A stretch of 64,000 nucleotides of DNA from Octopus sinensis (lineage: Eukaryota): contig NC_043002.1 in assembly GCF_006345805.1 (NCBI RefSeq), forward strand, positions 28,396,001-28,460,000. Reading direction: 5' to 3'. The notes beneath the pieces are model-generated. The model saw only the letters and a list, made by a program, of their open reading frames with translations, did no database searches and was not told where the DNA came from. Below are positions 1 to 12,691 of this stretch, piece by piece. The number at the start of each line of letters is the position of its first letter. Position 1 is the first letter of the stretch. The position numbers and the translations under genes are program-made.

Positions 1-214
1 TGATGCTATGATGCTAGGTGTTTTCATTGTTTTGTCCAAATGTATGTGTGTGTGATTCTGTGTGCAAAGAATGCGGGTTTAGTTCACAGGTGATCTAAAA
101 GATTAGGTATGCTAGGTAAGTGCTGTAACGGTTTACTGGGGCTTCATGGTTATAGCCGAGACGGTAGTTATGGGGCCATTGCAGATTTTCGATGCAGCGG
201 ATCTGTAATTGTTA

Positions 215-351
215 AACTGGTACTTATTTAATCGACCCCGAAAGGATGAAAGGCAAAGTCGACCACGGCGGAATTTGAACTCAGAACGTAACGGCAGACG
301 AAATACGGTTACGCATTTCGCACGGCATGCTATCGTTTCTGCCAGCTCGTT
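215..351 (-). mobile_element. tRNA-derived SINE family 1, 5' part
   Basis: Reverse complement of the head and core (...GAGTTCAAATTCCGCC-GTCGACTTTGCCTTTCATCCTT-CGGGGTCGAT...AAGTACCAGTT) shared with the full copy at 5957-6188. Confidence 0.85.
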
Positions 352-497
352 GCATGGTGGTATATCCAAGATATACCACCATGCGAGAGATAGTATTGAA
401 AACTTATGGATATATGAGGTGGTTTTAAAGTCAAGTTTTGACTGCTAACTCTAGCATAGCGGTATCTCTTAGATACCCTTAATTATAATTATATATG

Positions 498-531
<34 letters not shown>

Positions 532-541
532 TGTATGTATG

Positions 542-634
<93 letters not shown>

Positions 635-791
635 TTAACTTTACCACACCGCGAACCTTTAGAAATAGCAGCCAAAAAATCTTAGCTATTTCTTCTACTA
701 TAAGAAAAATCTTCCAGACAATGCATACTCAAAAATAACTCACACAGGTATAGAGGGATAAATAACGAAAGATCACACGTACATAAGATTA

Positions 792-855
792 CTTGAGAAC
801 GGCCGTTTCTGGATTAGTTGAATATAAAGATCAACATTTCCTTCGTCAGCTCAAA
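792..855 (-). ncRNA. Type I hammerhead ribozyme motif, canonical core
   Basis: Minus strand: TTTGAG CTGACGA A GGA..(TGTTGA/TCAAC hairpin)..TCC A GAAAC GGCC GT T CTCAAG. Helix I 6 bp, palindromic helix III (AACGGCCGTT), GUU site. Confidence 0.7.
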
Positions 856-1230
856 GATTTCTTTTGATTTGGATTTGAGAGCACTAAAAATCGAACATAC
901 CCGTCTGATATGAGTAATCCCAGACAAACCATCTTCGACCGCTAATACTAACGAATTCCAAAAGTACAAAAGAGGCTTCGCATTCTTCCCCTTCCTCCCA
1001 CGTGAGTTACAGAGCAAATACATTCCTACAGAGAGAGCTGTAGTTTAATATCAGGGAGAGAGAATTATATTATTAATAATAAAAGGGTAAAACTAATTAA
1101 TTATTAATTAATTTTACCAAGTAGTGTTCAGTAAGTAAAAAGACAATTTACGGTATATTTAAAACATTACGTTATATAATTAGGGTTCAGACCGTAAATG
1201 GTCTTTTTACATACTGAACACTACTTGGTT

Positions 1231-1289
<59 letters not shown>

Positions 1290-1321
1290 ATAAGCAAATA
1301 ACACAGGATATCAAGTAGTGA

Positions 1322-1407
1322 TGCAGTACGACCGTTACAAGCGGCTCCATTTAATTGAACAATTCAATCATTACATTAATTTAAGTGCACTGCCATCTTC
1401 AGCTGCA
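1322..1407 (-). ncRNA. Degenerate hammerhead motif (A13U)
   Basis: Minus strand: TGCAG CTGAAGA TGGC...GCCGCTT GTAAC GGTC GT A CTGCA. Perfect 5-bp helix I; GAAAC mutated to GTAAC. Confidence 0.55.
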
Positions 1408-1767
1408 CAAATAAATAAAAATAATTTTAACAAGTAGGACACAATATAATTTTTCTCAAATATTTTAACAGAGCAAGAAGATATAAAATCTATAGCAACA
1501 AAAGGAAGAAATATGCATACATACATACATACACACATACATACATGCATACATAAATACTTACATACATACATACATACATACATGCATACATACATAT
1601 ATATGTATGTATGTTATGTATGTATATGTGTATGTATGTATGTATGTATTTATATATGTATGTATAAATTTTTAAAGACGAAAAGGGTTGACCAGAGGAT
1701 GGGCAACTTTCCTGTCTCAGGGAATCCGTCCAATACGTTCTTATATGTAAAAGCGGATGCAAGAAAG

Positions 1768-1804
<37 letters not shown>

Positions 1805-2102
1805 AATGATGATGATGACGACGAGGAGGAGGAGGAGGATCGTGACAATGATGAATATGATGATGATAATAATAACAACAACAACAATACTAAATAGTTA
1901 AATACGAGCGCTAATGTTAATGTCCACACACTAATAGATCTGACAAGATTTCACCGCCTCACACAGCTAATCAGTCATTCTAACCAATTCAAATTGCCAT
2001 CTGCGAGCCAACCATTCCTCAGGATGTGGACATCGAGGTTTTAAAAAGAACAAACTTACCTGGCACACAACCAGGAAACCGGGCACACAATCTCTCTCCT
2101 TC

Positions 2103-2135
<33 letters not shown>

Positions 2136-2234
2136 TTTCTTTCTTTCTTTCTTTCTTCTTTCTGTGTGTGGTTAGCGAAAATGGTGAGTGTGTAAGTGCA
2201 AGTATGTATGTATATAACATATTCACATACATAT

Positions 2235-2273
<39 letters not shown>

Positions 2274-2918
2274 TGTGCGTGTGTGTTTGTGTGTGTGTGT
2301 GTATGTGTGTGTGTGTGTGTGTACATGCTTGTGTCAATATGTGAGTGTGTGAATGTATTAATGGCGGAAATTTGGCGGCCTTTTAGGTATGCAGATTAAA
2401 GTTTTCGAAGAGTCTTTATTAAAATCATAATGGGTTATTATATTCGACCCTATCAACTGCTACTACATCCTCCAGACCGCTACCTAGTTGCAGCCTCGAG
2501 CCGCACCGGAACTTCGATTTAAAGGGAGAAAAAAAAAAGCATTCAACCCCAATTAATCGGTGGTATGTATTTATTTATTTTCATATTGGATTCCATCCAA
2601 GACTTGGAAATTTGTGCGTTACTGCTGTAGGAATAAACAAGAAAGAAACCGTAATGAAAAGAAAAGTTAATAAGATATATTCTAGAAAGAGCAATAATAA
2701 CGACATTGCAGAGAAAAGCAAGAGGAATAAGGCAATTGAGTAGAGTAGGCTTTCGGTCAGCTGCGTAAAAGCCTGTTTACCATTTACAGTAACATAATTA
2801 AAATGTGTGCGGGGAAGTTAGCTGTAGTAGTCACAATAGAAAGCTGCTAATTCGCATCCTTTAAGAAAATCTCCAAAGAGTGAAAATTTTAACCAACAGC
2901 TGCTGTGACATTATGTGA

Positions 2919-3018
2919 NNNNNNNNNNNNNNNNNNNNNNNNNNNNNNNNNNNNNNNNNNNNNNNNNNNNNNNNNNNNNNNNNNNNNNNNNNNNNNNNNN
3001 NNNNNNNNNNNNNNNNNN
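2919..3018. other. Assembly gap (100 N)
   Basis: Run of exactly 100 N, typical of a scaffold gap of unknown true length. Confidence 0.98.
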
Positions 3019-3527
3019 AGGAAGGTGAGAAACTAAGACAAAGAGAGCGGAAGTGTGGCATAGTAGGAGTGGAAGGAAGAGGTGACGAAGAAGAAAGAGC
3101 AAAGTAAATATAGTGAGAAGTGGAGAGAGAGAAAGAGAGAGAGAGAGTGATTTGTAATGAGTGGGAAGTGTGAGGAAAGTTATGGAAGAATATAACAGTG
3201 AGGAGAGAAAGATATAAGGATTTCTAGAGAGAGAAATGGATGGAATGAAGGAAGGAGAAATAAAGGAAGAAGAAGAAGAAAGTGAATAAGAGAGTGACAG
3301 ACGTAAAAGAAGGAAAGTGTTGAAAGAATATAGAAAGAACAGGAGAAATTTGAGAAACAGATATGCAGGTAAATAGATAGAAAGATAGGAAGGTAGGAAT
3401 TTAGATAGATATTATACAAAGAAAGAGGGAGAGAGAGAGCGAGAGAGAGATAGTTATACAGAGACTGACAGTTAGTTAGAGAGATAGAGATAGACAGACA
3501 GACAGACAGACACACAGACAGACAGAC

Positions 3528-3585
<58 letters not shown>

Positions 3586-3710
3586 TTGAAAGAGTTAGGC
3601 GGAGAGAGAGAGGAGCAGGTAGAGTGGAACGAAGAGGTATCTCATGAGCGACCTAATTTACTTATAAAGGAAAGTGTTAATGGCTTGCAATTATTTCAGG
3701 CATCGTATGT

Positions 3711-3785
3711 GATGACATCACTTCCTCTTGGCAGAGACGTCGGCCAATCAGATTGCATCTTCCCATCGAGAACGCCAATGGTTGA
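3711..3785. promoter_or_regulatory. Candidate cis-regulatory cluster
   Basis: TGACATCA (CRE-like, 3713-3720), CTTCCTC (ETS-like, 3721-3727), GGCCAATCAG (NF-Y consensus, 3742-3751) and a second GCCAATG (3774-3780) in non-repetitive sequence. Motif-level evidence only. Confidence 0.3.
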
Positions 3786-4395
3786 TTGACTAAACGACCG
3801 GAGGGCAAGGGGAGTTAATTTCCGTTATTCGCTGGCAGAATGTTCTAGAAAACGCATGGAAACATTTCGGAAACACAAGGCTTAGCATTTTAGCCGTTAG
3901 GCAAGAGACCAATGCTTTCTCCGTCGTGTGTCGATAAATGTTTCTCGCAACATTGACTACAAAACAATTTTAGATCATCGTCGAGGTGGATAACCACCCT
4001 AATGTCACATCACCCTTCTCTTACTGGCATTCAATATTTTCATTGCATTGCTTTTATCACATTTCTTTATATATACATTTATGCATATATATGTATGTGT
4101 GCATGTATGTATATGTAAATATACACACACACATTCATATGTGTGTGTGTTTATACATACATACACATCTGGTTATATAAACTATGCGTTCATACAAATA
4201 TACATATATATAAACTTATGTATATAATAAATATATACATATATATATACATTAAATACATGTATTCATTGATACACCAGAGTAAGCACATAAAAGTGAA
4301 ACAAGGTGGGAAAAGATAGGATTCGAATACCAGAGGTATAGTAATATGATTTATTTATTGTTAAAGATGCAAAAATATCACAAAAATATCACAAA

Positions 4396-4431
4396 TGCAT
4401 GACGAACGGGTATGTGAAACTTTGAGTAGCA
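4396..4431 (+). ncRNA. Degenerate minimal hammerhead motif (C3A)
   Basis: TGC ATGACGA AC GGGTAT GT GAAAC TTTGA GT A GCA. All three short helices can pair; the first core base is A. Confidence 0.45.
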
Positions 4432-4504
4432 GTTTTTTATATTTTTGCAGCTTTATATAATAAAGTATATTCATTCATATATAGACATTTAGATAGTTAA
4501 TATA

Positions 4505-4577
<73 letters not shown>

Positions 4578-4804
4578 TAGATGCATACATACATATTTAT
4601 GTGACTACATATATGTGTGTGTGTGTGCGTACATATATTTATGTCTGTGCATGTTAAATTTTGTGTGCCTGTATAGTTTACGCGCATGTATACGCATATA
4701 TGCGTATGTATGTGTATGTGTGCATGTACGTATGTCTATATGTATGTATGTATGTATGTGTGTGTGTGTGTGTGTGTATGTGTGTGTGTGTGTGTGTATT
4801 CTTT

Positions 4805-5345
4805 TATTTGTTTCAGTCATTTGACTGTAGCCATGCTAGATCACCGCCTGAAATAGTTTTAGTAGAAGAAATCTACCCCATGACTTATTTTTTGTGAGCT
4901 TATTCTATCGGTGTATTTTGCCGAACCGCTAAGTTACAGTGGTATAAACACACCAGCATCAAATGCACATAAATATATACCTACAAGAGCTTGCTTCCCA
5001 ACCACATGGTTCCGGTTTCAGTCCCACTGCGTTGCACCTTGGGCAAGTGTCTTCTACTATAGCCTCTGGCCGACTAAAGCCATGTGAGTGGATTTGGTAG
5101 ACGGAATCTGTGTGTGTGTGTCTGTCTGGCTGTCTCTTTGTGTCTTTGTGTCGGTGTTTATCAGCCCACCATCGCTTGACAACCAGTGTTGGTGTGTTTA
5201 TGTCCCCCTAAATTAGCTGTTCGGCAAAAGATGCCGATAGAATAAGTACTATGTTTACAAAGAATATGTCATGGGGTCGATTTCTTCGTCTAAAAAGGCG
5301 CTGGTCAAGCATGGCCACAGTCAAATGACTGAAACAAATAAGAGA
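4805..5345. mobile_element. SINE family 2, two copies head-to-head (3' part on minus 4805-4960; near-full copy on plus 4986-5345)
   Basis: GGTTCCGGTTTCAGTCCCACTGCG..CACCTTGGGCAAGTGTCTTCTACTATAGCC..GTGAGTGGATTTGGTAGACGGAA..GTCAAATGACTGAAACA. The same family recurs at 39265, 46030 and 55750. Confidence 0.85.
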
Positions 5346-5389
5346 ATATATATATATACAACAGACTTCTTTCAGTTTCCATCTACCAA

Positions 5390-5423
<34 letters not shown>

Positions 5424-5956
5424 TATATATCACGAAGGTATATACACATAGACATGCGTATATATGCACATAAAGTGCACCGACACACAAATATTAAATA
5501 CATACATACCTACATGCACTCATATACGCACACACATACACGCTCACAAATACACAAGCAATCACACACACTCACACTCATTCTGGGAATGTATCGTGTA
5601 AGCTTATTAGACATTTCTACTAAGAGTCAGACATATATTAATTATTAAATTAAAAACAAAAATCAGGCTGATACAAAATTCATTTAAAATTGCCAATTTC
5701 AGATTGCAAATTAGTATATAATTCATTAAATAGCTACGCTAATGTTAGATACACACAGTTTCAGCTACCATTCAATTTCAGAGTGTAGAGCAACACTTAA
5801 TACCATTAATCCCACGTTCCGTTACCTAAGCTCAATAGATAAAATATAGTTAAAATGTAAGCAGAATATTTAGTGAGCTGCATTGAGTGTGATTGGAGAA
5901 AGCATGCGCGCAAGTGTGTGTGTGCGTGCGCGCTTGTGGTATAGTCGGTGTGTTAA

Positions 5957-6188
5957 GGCGGTGAGCTGGCAGAAACGTTAGCACGCCGGGTGAAATGCTT
6001 AGCGGTATTTCGTCTGCGTTACGTTGTGAGTTCAAATTCCGCCGAGGTCGACTTTGCCTTTCATCCTTTCGGGGTCGATAAATTAAGTACCAGTTACGCA
6101 CTGGGGTCGATGTAATCGACTTAATACCTATGTCTGTCCTTGTTTGTCCCCTCTGTGTTTAGCCCCTTGTGGGTAATAAAGAAATAGG
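5957..6188 (+). mobile_element. Full-length tRNA-derived SINE family 1, tail type B
   Basis: Head GGCGGTGAGCTGGCAGAAACGTTAGC, B-box-like GAGTTCAAATTCC, core GCCTTTCATCCTTTCGGGGTCGATAAATTAAGTACC (resembles, from memory, the conserved Meta-type SINE domain; not verified), tail ...AGCCCCTTGTGGGTAATAAAGAAATAG. More than 15 related pieces in the window. Confidence 0.9.
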
Positions 6189-6274
6189 TATAATCGGTGT
6201 GTATGTTTGTCTCTAATGGCGCAGCTAATTTAAATATATTTCTTGTGCTTGTATATAAATGTAGGAGGAAGTAG

Positions 6275-6680
6275 TAGTCGATTGCATCGCTTCCAGTACT
6301 TGACCGGTACTTTATTTTATCGAAACAGATATGATGAACGGTAAAGTTTCCGAACTTAGAACACAAAGAGAGTTGAGTAATGCTACATTTTGTCCGACAT
6401 GCTAACGATTCTGCCAGTTCCTCCTCACCAATCAGGTTGTCTTATATATATACAAAAATGCACGATAAGAGAATTATTGTGATATGTTTTCACAAATTAT
6501 TAAGGCAGAATTGTAAGCACACCAGGCAAAATGCTTACCGGTCTTTCGTCCATTTTAACTTTCTGAGTTTCCACCGAGGTTGACTTTGCCTTTCATCCCT
6601 TTGGGGTCGATAAAAAAAAAATACTAGTAGGACACCGAGACTTATGTAATTGATTTGCCGCCTCTCCCACTACTTACTCA
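6275..6680. mobile_element. Degenerate SINE family 1 pieces (minus then plus)
   Basis: Partial matches to the core GACTTTGCCTTTCATCCCTTTGGGGTCGATAAAA and to the head. Confidence 0.6.
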
Positions 6681-6966
6681 AAATTTAACAAACTAAAGAG
6701 ACAAAAACAAATGTAGTATTTCGTTCAGAGGAATTAAATCTTTTTGACTTATATTTTAACCAGTTTTGTCCATTCTACTGGACTTATTATTTTCATTTGA
6801 TAAGAACAGAGGAATGGATAAAAACCGGTCCAGTGTAAGTTCCAAAGGATTTAATATATCTAAAAGAAATATTACACTTGTTTTTGTCGCTTTAATTTGT
6901 GTAAATATAATAAAATTCTTTAATGTTATTGCCCATTTTCACCCATATTGTACATATATATATATA

Positions 6967-7404
6967 TCTCTATATATAAACGGCAGTTTGTCTGTGTGTG
7001 TTTCTGTGTGTCTATTAGCTTGTACCCTCACCCTGACCACGGCTTTCAACCGATTCTGATGAAACTTGACATACACATAGCCCAATGTCATAATTCCAAA
7101 CTAACGCAGCGAACATTTTGAAAAGTTCCCTCAGTTCTGAAAAAAATCGATAAATTCGACATGGGGGCGAGAATCTAAGCTTTTTATATGCAACACATTT
7201 TCTGTCTAGGGGACACAACTCGACCTTTTTATCGCCCAAAGGGACAGCTAGGAACATTGTATACACAGAAGTATTCGAGTGAAGAGAACCCATTGCAACC
7301 TACACATGCGCCTTCGTTCCCTAGAGGGAAAGGACTAGATTGGGATTAGTCGTTGCCTACTAGGGGCTCTTACATACCTGGGGAACGCCGGGCTATGCTG
7401 CTAG
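6967..7404 (+). mobile_element. Non-autonomous Helitron
   Basis: Begins A|TC(TCTATATATAAACGG) and ends with GC-rich hairpin CCTGGGGAACGCCGGG followed by CTAG|T, i.e. Helitron termini at an AT target. Confidence 0.8.
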
Positions 7405-7466
<62 letters not shown>

Positions 7467-7489
7467 GATATATATATATATATATATAT

Positions 7490-7524
<35 letters not shown>

Positions 7525-7626
7525 TTTAGCAGTTGTAATAGAGTGTCTCAAGGTCTGAGAGTTTCGTGTGTTAGCACTTATGAAACTGATAAGTGAGAAC
7601 GCTAAATATTTATAAAAATATACAAA

Positions 7627-8168
7627 CGTTGGTTGATCAATAAGTATCCTGACTGTTACCATAGTAGCGAAGTTAAAGCACGTAAAGGGAAACCACTTAG
7701 CACAGCTTGACCTTAAACTCTGCTAAGCATGCGCACTAAGTTTTAACGTTCTATCTCACTTCTGCTGTTTATCGCTGTGCTTGGAAGGAAGGTGTGTAGC
7801 GTATGATCGTCGCATTCACCATGACAGAAAAGATTGAGCAGAAAATCTACATCAAATTTTTCCAAAAGCTTGGCGGTACATGATCAGAGGGCTCCACAGA
7901 GTTTTTCAAAAAGATCTCATCGTTCTCGACACAATCAAGGAGATCTTGTGCAACTGAAACCCGAGTGCCTTTTTGGTCAGCTTAAAGCAGTTTTGGCACA
8001 AACTTGATAGACATGCATCTCATACCCAAATCTTCAGTGATAATGGACAGAACTGAACCGTAACTAAACTGCACATCCTCTGATAACTCACGGATGGTGA
8101 TTCAACGATGTTTCTCTCACAGCTGCACGAACATCTACGATGTTTTTTCTGAATTCTGCTGGTTGCGT
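7627..8168. mobile_element. Mariner-derived non-autonomous element (5' end plus inverted internal segment), truncated
   Basis: TIR-like TTGATCAATAAGTATCCTGACTG, start of transposase MTEKIEQKIYIKF on plus, then inverted transposase sequence. Same architecture as 47563-48427. Confidence 0.8.
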
Positions 8169-8578
8169 GTACTTACATGTCTTTGTATTGGCAGTACACA
8201 CACACACACACGCACATACATGCATACACAAAAAAGGCATACAAAGAGCACCTAATATAAGCTACGATTATAACTTTTCGTTGTCGGAACTAAAAGTACT
8301 TAGTGAATAACATGTTGGGGATAAAACTGATCATAATAGATTTAGCATACAGCTCAGTGCTGTTCAATGTAAGCTGCCGTGCGTGGATGTGTGGAAATAT
8401 GAATGGATGGAAACCTTACTGTACTACAGTTATGGAATGATTCGCAGAATTAAACCAACATAATTGTTATCTATGAACTCTACATCACATACAAATACAT
8501 ATTCACACACACACACACACACACACACAAATACACACACACGCACGTACGCATGCACACACATTTATACACACACAC

Positions 8579-8634
<56 letters not shown>

Positions 8635-8829
8635 TATCAATAGGGTAATAAGAATTATTATTACCAGTGGCCTAGCAAAAACGAATTAGTCATTAGACTA
8701 TATATATTCACATAGAAATACAATAAGAGGCTTCCAAATAGGAATGGCTTTCCTACTTGGAAGCCTCATATTGTATTTCTATGTATATATATATAATATA
8801 TATATATATAATATATATAAAAGCGAAAA

Positions 8830-9355
8830 AAACTACAGAAGGCTTATTTTAAAAGGTTAAAAAATATATATTTGAGTCAATATGTCTGAAGAATGTTATA
8901 AATTTTTTTCATACAATGACATAATATAGAAGAAATGACCGGTTTCGCGTTCAGCTTTTCAAACTTCTTAAAACGTTATGTTTACGTTGAGCGGTGATCT
9001 AGATAATAAGTGATTTCTTCCGGTGTAAGGGAGATAATCGCTTAAAATTATTTGCCTTTCTTTTGGATTGAGTTTCTCTGTATAAGTATGTTGGAATGGT
9101 TAAGTTTGGGCTTGTATTTTTCAATGAAGAATGTTTCCTTGTTTAGTCTAATTTGTGTTGGTGTTCCGATAGCACATTGGTAGAATGGAAAGATTAGAAA
9201 TTGTGGTATAGTTGCTTTGCGCATTTCTCAATGTGCTCACTAAAGGGTATCATTCTGTATTCTGGGAATGCAATCTGTTGTCGATGCAGTGTGCATCTAC
9301 GTCTGAGTGATAGTCTCGTGGATCCCACGTAGTGTTGGTGGCAGCCCGGGCATTT
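8830..9355 (-). mobile_element. Penelope-like element B, 3' fragment (GIY-YIG C-terminal part plus pLTR)
   Basis: Minus translation KCPGCHQHYVGSTRLSLRRRCTLHRQQIAFPEYRMIPFSEHIEKC..(frameshift)..IFPFYQCAIGTPTQIRLNKETFFIEKYKPKL, homologous to ORF 12112-12504; followed by a pLTR with an HHR. Confidence 0.85.
8930..8969 (-). ncRNA. Minimal type I hammerhead, U3-A8 core variant
   Basis: AAGAAGT TTGAAAA GC TGAAC GC GAAAC CG GT C ATTTCTT. Helix I 7 bp, helix II 2 bp, palindromic ACCGGT helix III, GUC site. Confidence 0.75.
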
Positions 9356-9461
9356 AAGTTGAAAAAATACAGATGTGTTTTAAAAGGCGAAAGAATATAT
9401 TAGAATCATAATAGTAAAAGTATTATACAATATTGTACAAAATAAGATTATTTTATTCCAG

Positions 9462-9498
9462 CATAATAACCGGTTTCGTTATCGCTTTTCAAATTATA
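9462..9498 (-). ncRNA. Minimal hammerhead, U3-A8 variant (inverted pLTR copy)
   Basis: TATAAT TTGAAAA G CGATAA C GAAAC CG GT T ATTATG. Helix I 6 bp, GUU site. Confidence 0.65.
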
Positions 9499-11135
9499 AG
9501 TTCTAGATGGATTTCTGAATTAGACATTTTGTTTGATAGGGAGACTTATTGGTAACCAAGATGTTTTACACTACAGGGGAGGTAAATCTGTAATTTTTTT
9601 ATTAGTCTACACTTGATTCTTTCAAAAATATCGGCGAAGAGATGCAAAGGGAAATAAACAAATACACGAACGGGCATTCACTAGTAAGTATTATTAATCT
9701 ATGAAAGGAAGCATGTGAAACTGAAGAAAGAAACTCCTTCCAACGCTGGGAAAAAATGATAATTTCTTCCAAACGTATGAATTAGATTTCAAAGAGGAAT
9801 TCAATTCTTGAAGAAAAATCAAAAAAAAAAAAAAACCCAACAGAAATTGAACAACAAACAAACCACCCCCAAGCATGACAGCATAATACAGAACAATCCC
9901 ATAAACCCTTATTGTCATGCATGCAACTTGGGCGGAAATCTGGTGCCAAGCATGGTCACCCTTGACCCAGGGCTACTGGTCTGCCTCAAACGCAGAAGAG
10001 TCACAGGGTGATAGCAGGGGTGGAAGTACCCCGGACGCCAGAGATTTCAGACGGGACCGGGCGCATTTGGAAACTTTCTAGGGGTGACGAGGGCACTGGG
10101 CGCCACACACAATGCTAAACAAAGAACCCTCAGAGACCCATACACACAAAACAATACAATTCAACAACATCACCACTCATCCAAGCCAAACCACTACTTT
10201 TGCATGGACAGTTCATACCAACCAGCATTCTTTAGCCCCAGACCAGAGAAAACGAGACACAGGTTTGAACTCGATACACAGGAAAAAGCGAAGGTAATCA
10301 ACCTGTCATATAAATCCCTATCAACCAAAAAGATCGATATCGTATCTAAAGGGTTAAAATTCACCCCAGCACCACGCTGAGCTAACCAAAATGAGGCCAA
10401 AGACAGAATTTCAGAATTATGCAGGAAATTAAGGCTTATAGAAGCACTAGTCAATTACAATAGCGAAGATGAGTCACTAGTCAAAACCAGAAGTGAACAC
10501 ATCCCCCTCAAAGAAAGAAATAAAGATATTTACGAATTCTGCAACCACATTGAAAACTTCCCCTATCACACCTTGCACAAACAAAAATAATATTTCAAAC
10601 TTCAGTACCATCAAGTGGAAAGAACTTACTGAACTGTAAATCAATGAAGAAATAACAATCAAAGAATCGGATAAAGGAAGTGCAGTAGTGTTAATGGACA
10701 CATTATATTACAAAAATCTAGAGGTATCCATACTAAATAATGACGAACACCATGAAAATTTTAATGATTACAGCCCCAAAAAATAATGAAAAACCTTTTC
10801 ACTAATTCAAACCCACAGAAAAGATTTAGCAAAAAATAAATAGACTATTTAACAAACTTTAAATGTAAGCCCAGCCTATTCAATGGTCGATCGAAAATTC
10901 TCAGAAGCCAAATTATAAACAAAGCCATCAAAAATTCAACAAAGGCATACATACTCCAGCACCAGAGGACCTAAAATTACTACCCATAATAGCTGGACCA
11001 TCTTGGGAAACACATCGATTAAGTTGCCTCGTGGACATACTCCTGAAACCTTTTCTAAAATACATTAAAATTTATATTAGAGATGACTTAGATATGTTAA
11101 CTCACCTACCAGAAAAGGTCAAGGAATAAACGGTC

Positions 11136-12504
11136 ATGTTTACATTTTATGTGATAAACCTATACACTAACATACTCCCTAATTATGGGATAGAAGCAAT
11201 CTGGTTTTGCCTGGACAAATGTCCAGAAGAAATACCAGAAAGAATCAACAATGATTTTATAATCGAATCACTAAGATCCATCCTTCAAAACAACCACTTC
11301 ATGTTAGACACCACTGTTTATCGCCAAAATTCCGGAATTGCCATGGGAACCAGGGCAGCCCCGACCATTACCAACCTAATAATAGGCTATTTATAAAAAA
11401 CAATATATCAGGAGTCATTTTCTAAGGCTGGAAACCCTCTCTCCCAATACATAAAAGAAAATTGGAGAAATTTTTTGGACGACTGCTTCATCCTCTGGAA
11501 TGACAACATAGATAAACTGGAATTCAAAAGACTCCTTAATAGCATTAACACCAACATACAATTTACAATGGAACACAACCAATAGGAACTCACGTTCCTA
11601 GACATACAAGTTTAAAAAATAAACAAAAAATAGAAACGGACATTTTGAAAAACCACAGGTGCTAGAGAATATCTATTATTTGGCTCATGCTACCTAAGAC
11701 ATACCCCTTGCAAGAAACATTTTCACCATAGTGTCCGAAAAAAAATAACAGAGAATTAAGATTGCAAGAGCTTAAAAACGTACTCCAGAACAGACACTAT
11801 CCAATTCAACTCATAAATGAAAGGATTAAAGCTGCAAAATCGATTAACATAAAAACATTAAGAAAAATCGAATACCATAAATATACCTACTCTGAAAGCA
11901 CTACCTTATGTCTCTACATACAATCTCAGAAACAATGAAGCATTTAACATCGTTGTCCAAAATCTCCCGATACTCCATGAAGACCCCAAACTGAAGGAAA
12001 TACTACGTACCCATAAAATCATTAAAAGTAGTAAACAAACAAAGATGTTAAAGAGGATCTTCACAAATGCTAAATTATTTTTAAGAATAACGGGCGCAAG
12101 AGTAAAAAAATGTGGTTGTCTTAACTGCGGAACATGCCCCAATCTTTTGGAAGGATCAGAATTCCATTTTAGACAAGGGAAAAATTAAATCTAACTTCAC
12201 TTGTGTCTCTGAAAACCTCATTTATGTTATCAGAAGCTCGGGCTGCCATAAAAACTATATAGGATCGACAGGAATATCGGTCAGACGGAGATGTACGGTC
12301 TACAGACAACAGATATCCTCCTCACAATATCGCCTGATATATCTCAGTGAATACATTGACAGATGCGTAGAGGAGCTGCAACCACAATTCCCAATTTTCC
12401 CATTATATCAATTTGCTATTTGGATCTCAACACATGTACGACTAAATAAAGAGGCCACATTTATCGAAAAATATAAGCCGGAATTAAAGATAAAACCATA
12501 TTGA
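11136..12504 (+). pseudogene. Penelope RT-GIY-YIG polyprotein remnant
   Basis: ORF fragments 11136-11396 (RT) and 12112-12504 (GIY-YIG) plus the FLDD motif between them; motif A Asp replaced (FTFYVINLYTNI). Confidence 0.9.
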
Positions 12505-12655
12505 AAATTAAAGATTTACCCTAACTGTTGTAAAAATCAAATGTAAACCAATGTTAAAAATTACAGATTTACCTCCCCTTTGCTGTAAAATACCTTGGTT
12601 ACCAATTAGTCCCCCTGGCAAACAAAATGTGTAGTTCAGAAATTCCTCCAAAACT

Positions 12656-12691
12656 CATAGTTTGAAAGCGATAACGAAACCGGTTATTATG
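12656..12691 (+). ncRNA. Minimal hammerhead, U3-A8 variant (3' pLTR copy, one core A deleted)
   Basis: CATAGT TTGAAA G CGATAA C GAAAC CG GT T ATTATG. Helix I 6 bp. Confidence 0.6.

Larger units (their letters stand above)
740..1410 (-). mobile_element. Penelope-like pLTR remnants with two hammerhead motifs and a short fold-back
   Basis: Contains HHR motifs at 792-855 and 1322-1407 and an inverted repeat ACCAAGTAGTGTTCAGTA.GTAAAAAGAC.ATTTACGGT (about 1117-1155 vs 1191-1229). No ORF; PLE origin is inferred from the HHRs and the fold-back. Confidence 0.5.

Noticed and set aside
7097-7110. CTGATGAAAC in the Helitron, and CTGATGA at 52869
   Set aside because: No helix II/GAAA/helix III arrangement; chance heptamers.
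7548-7595. HHR-like remnant (GTG-CTAACA-CAC GAAAC on minus); similar scraps at ~32140 and ~60990
   Set aside because: Core, cleavage site or helix I too decayed or absent to call.
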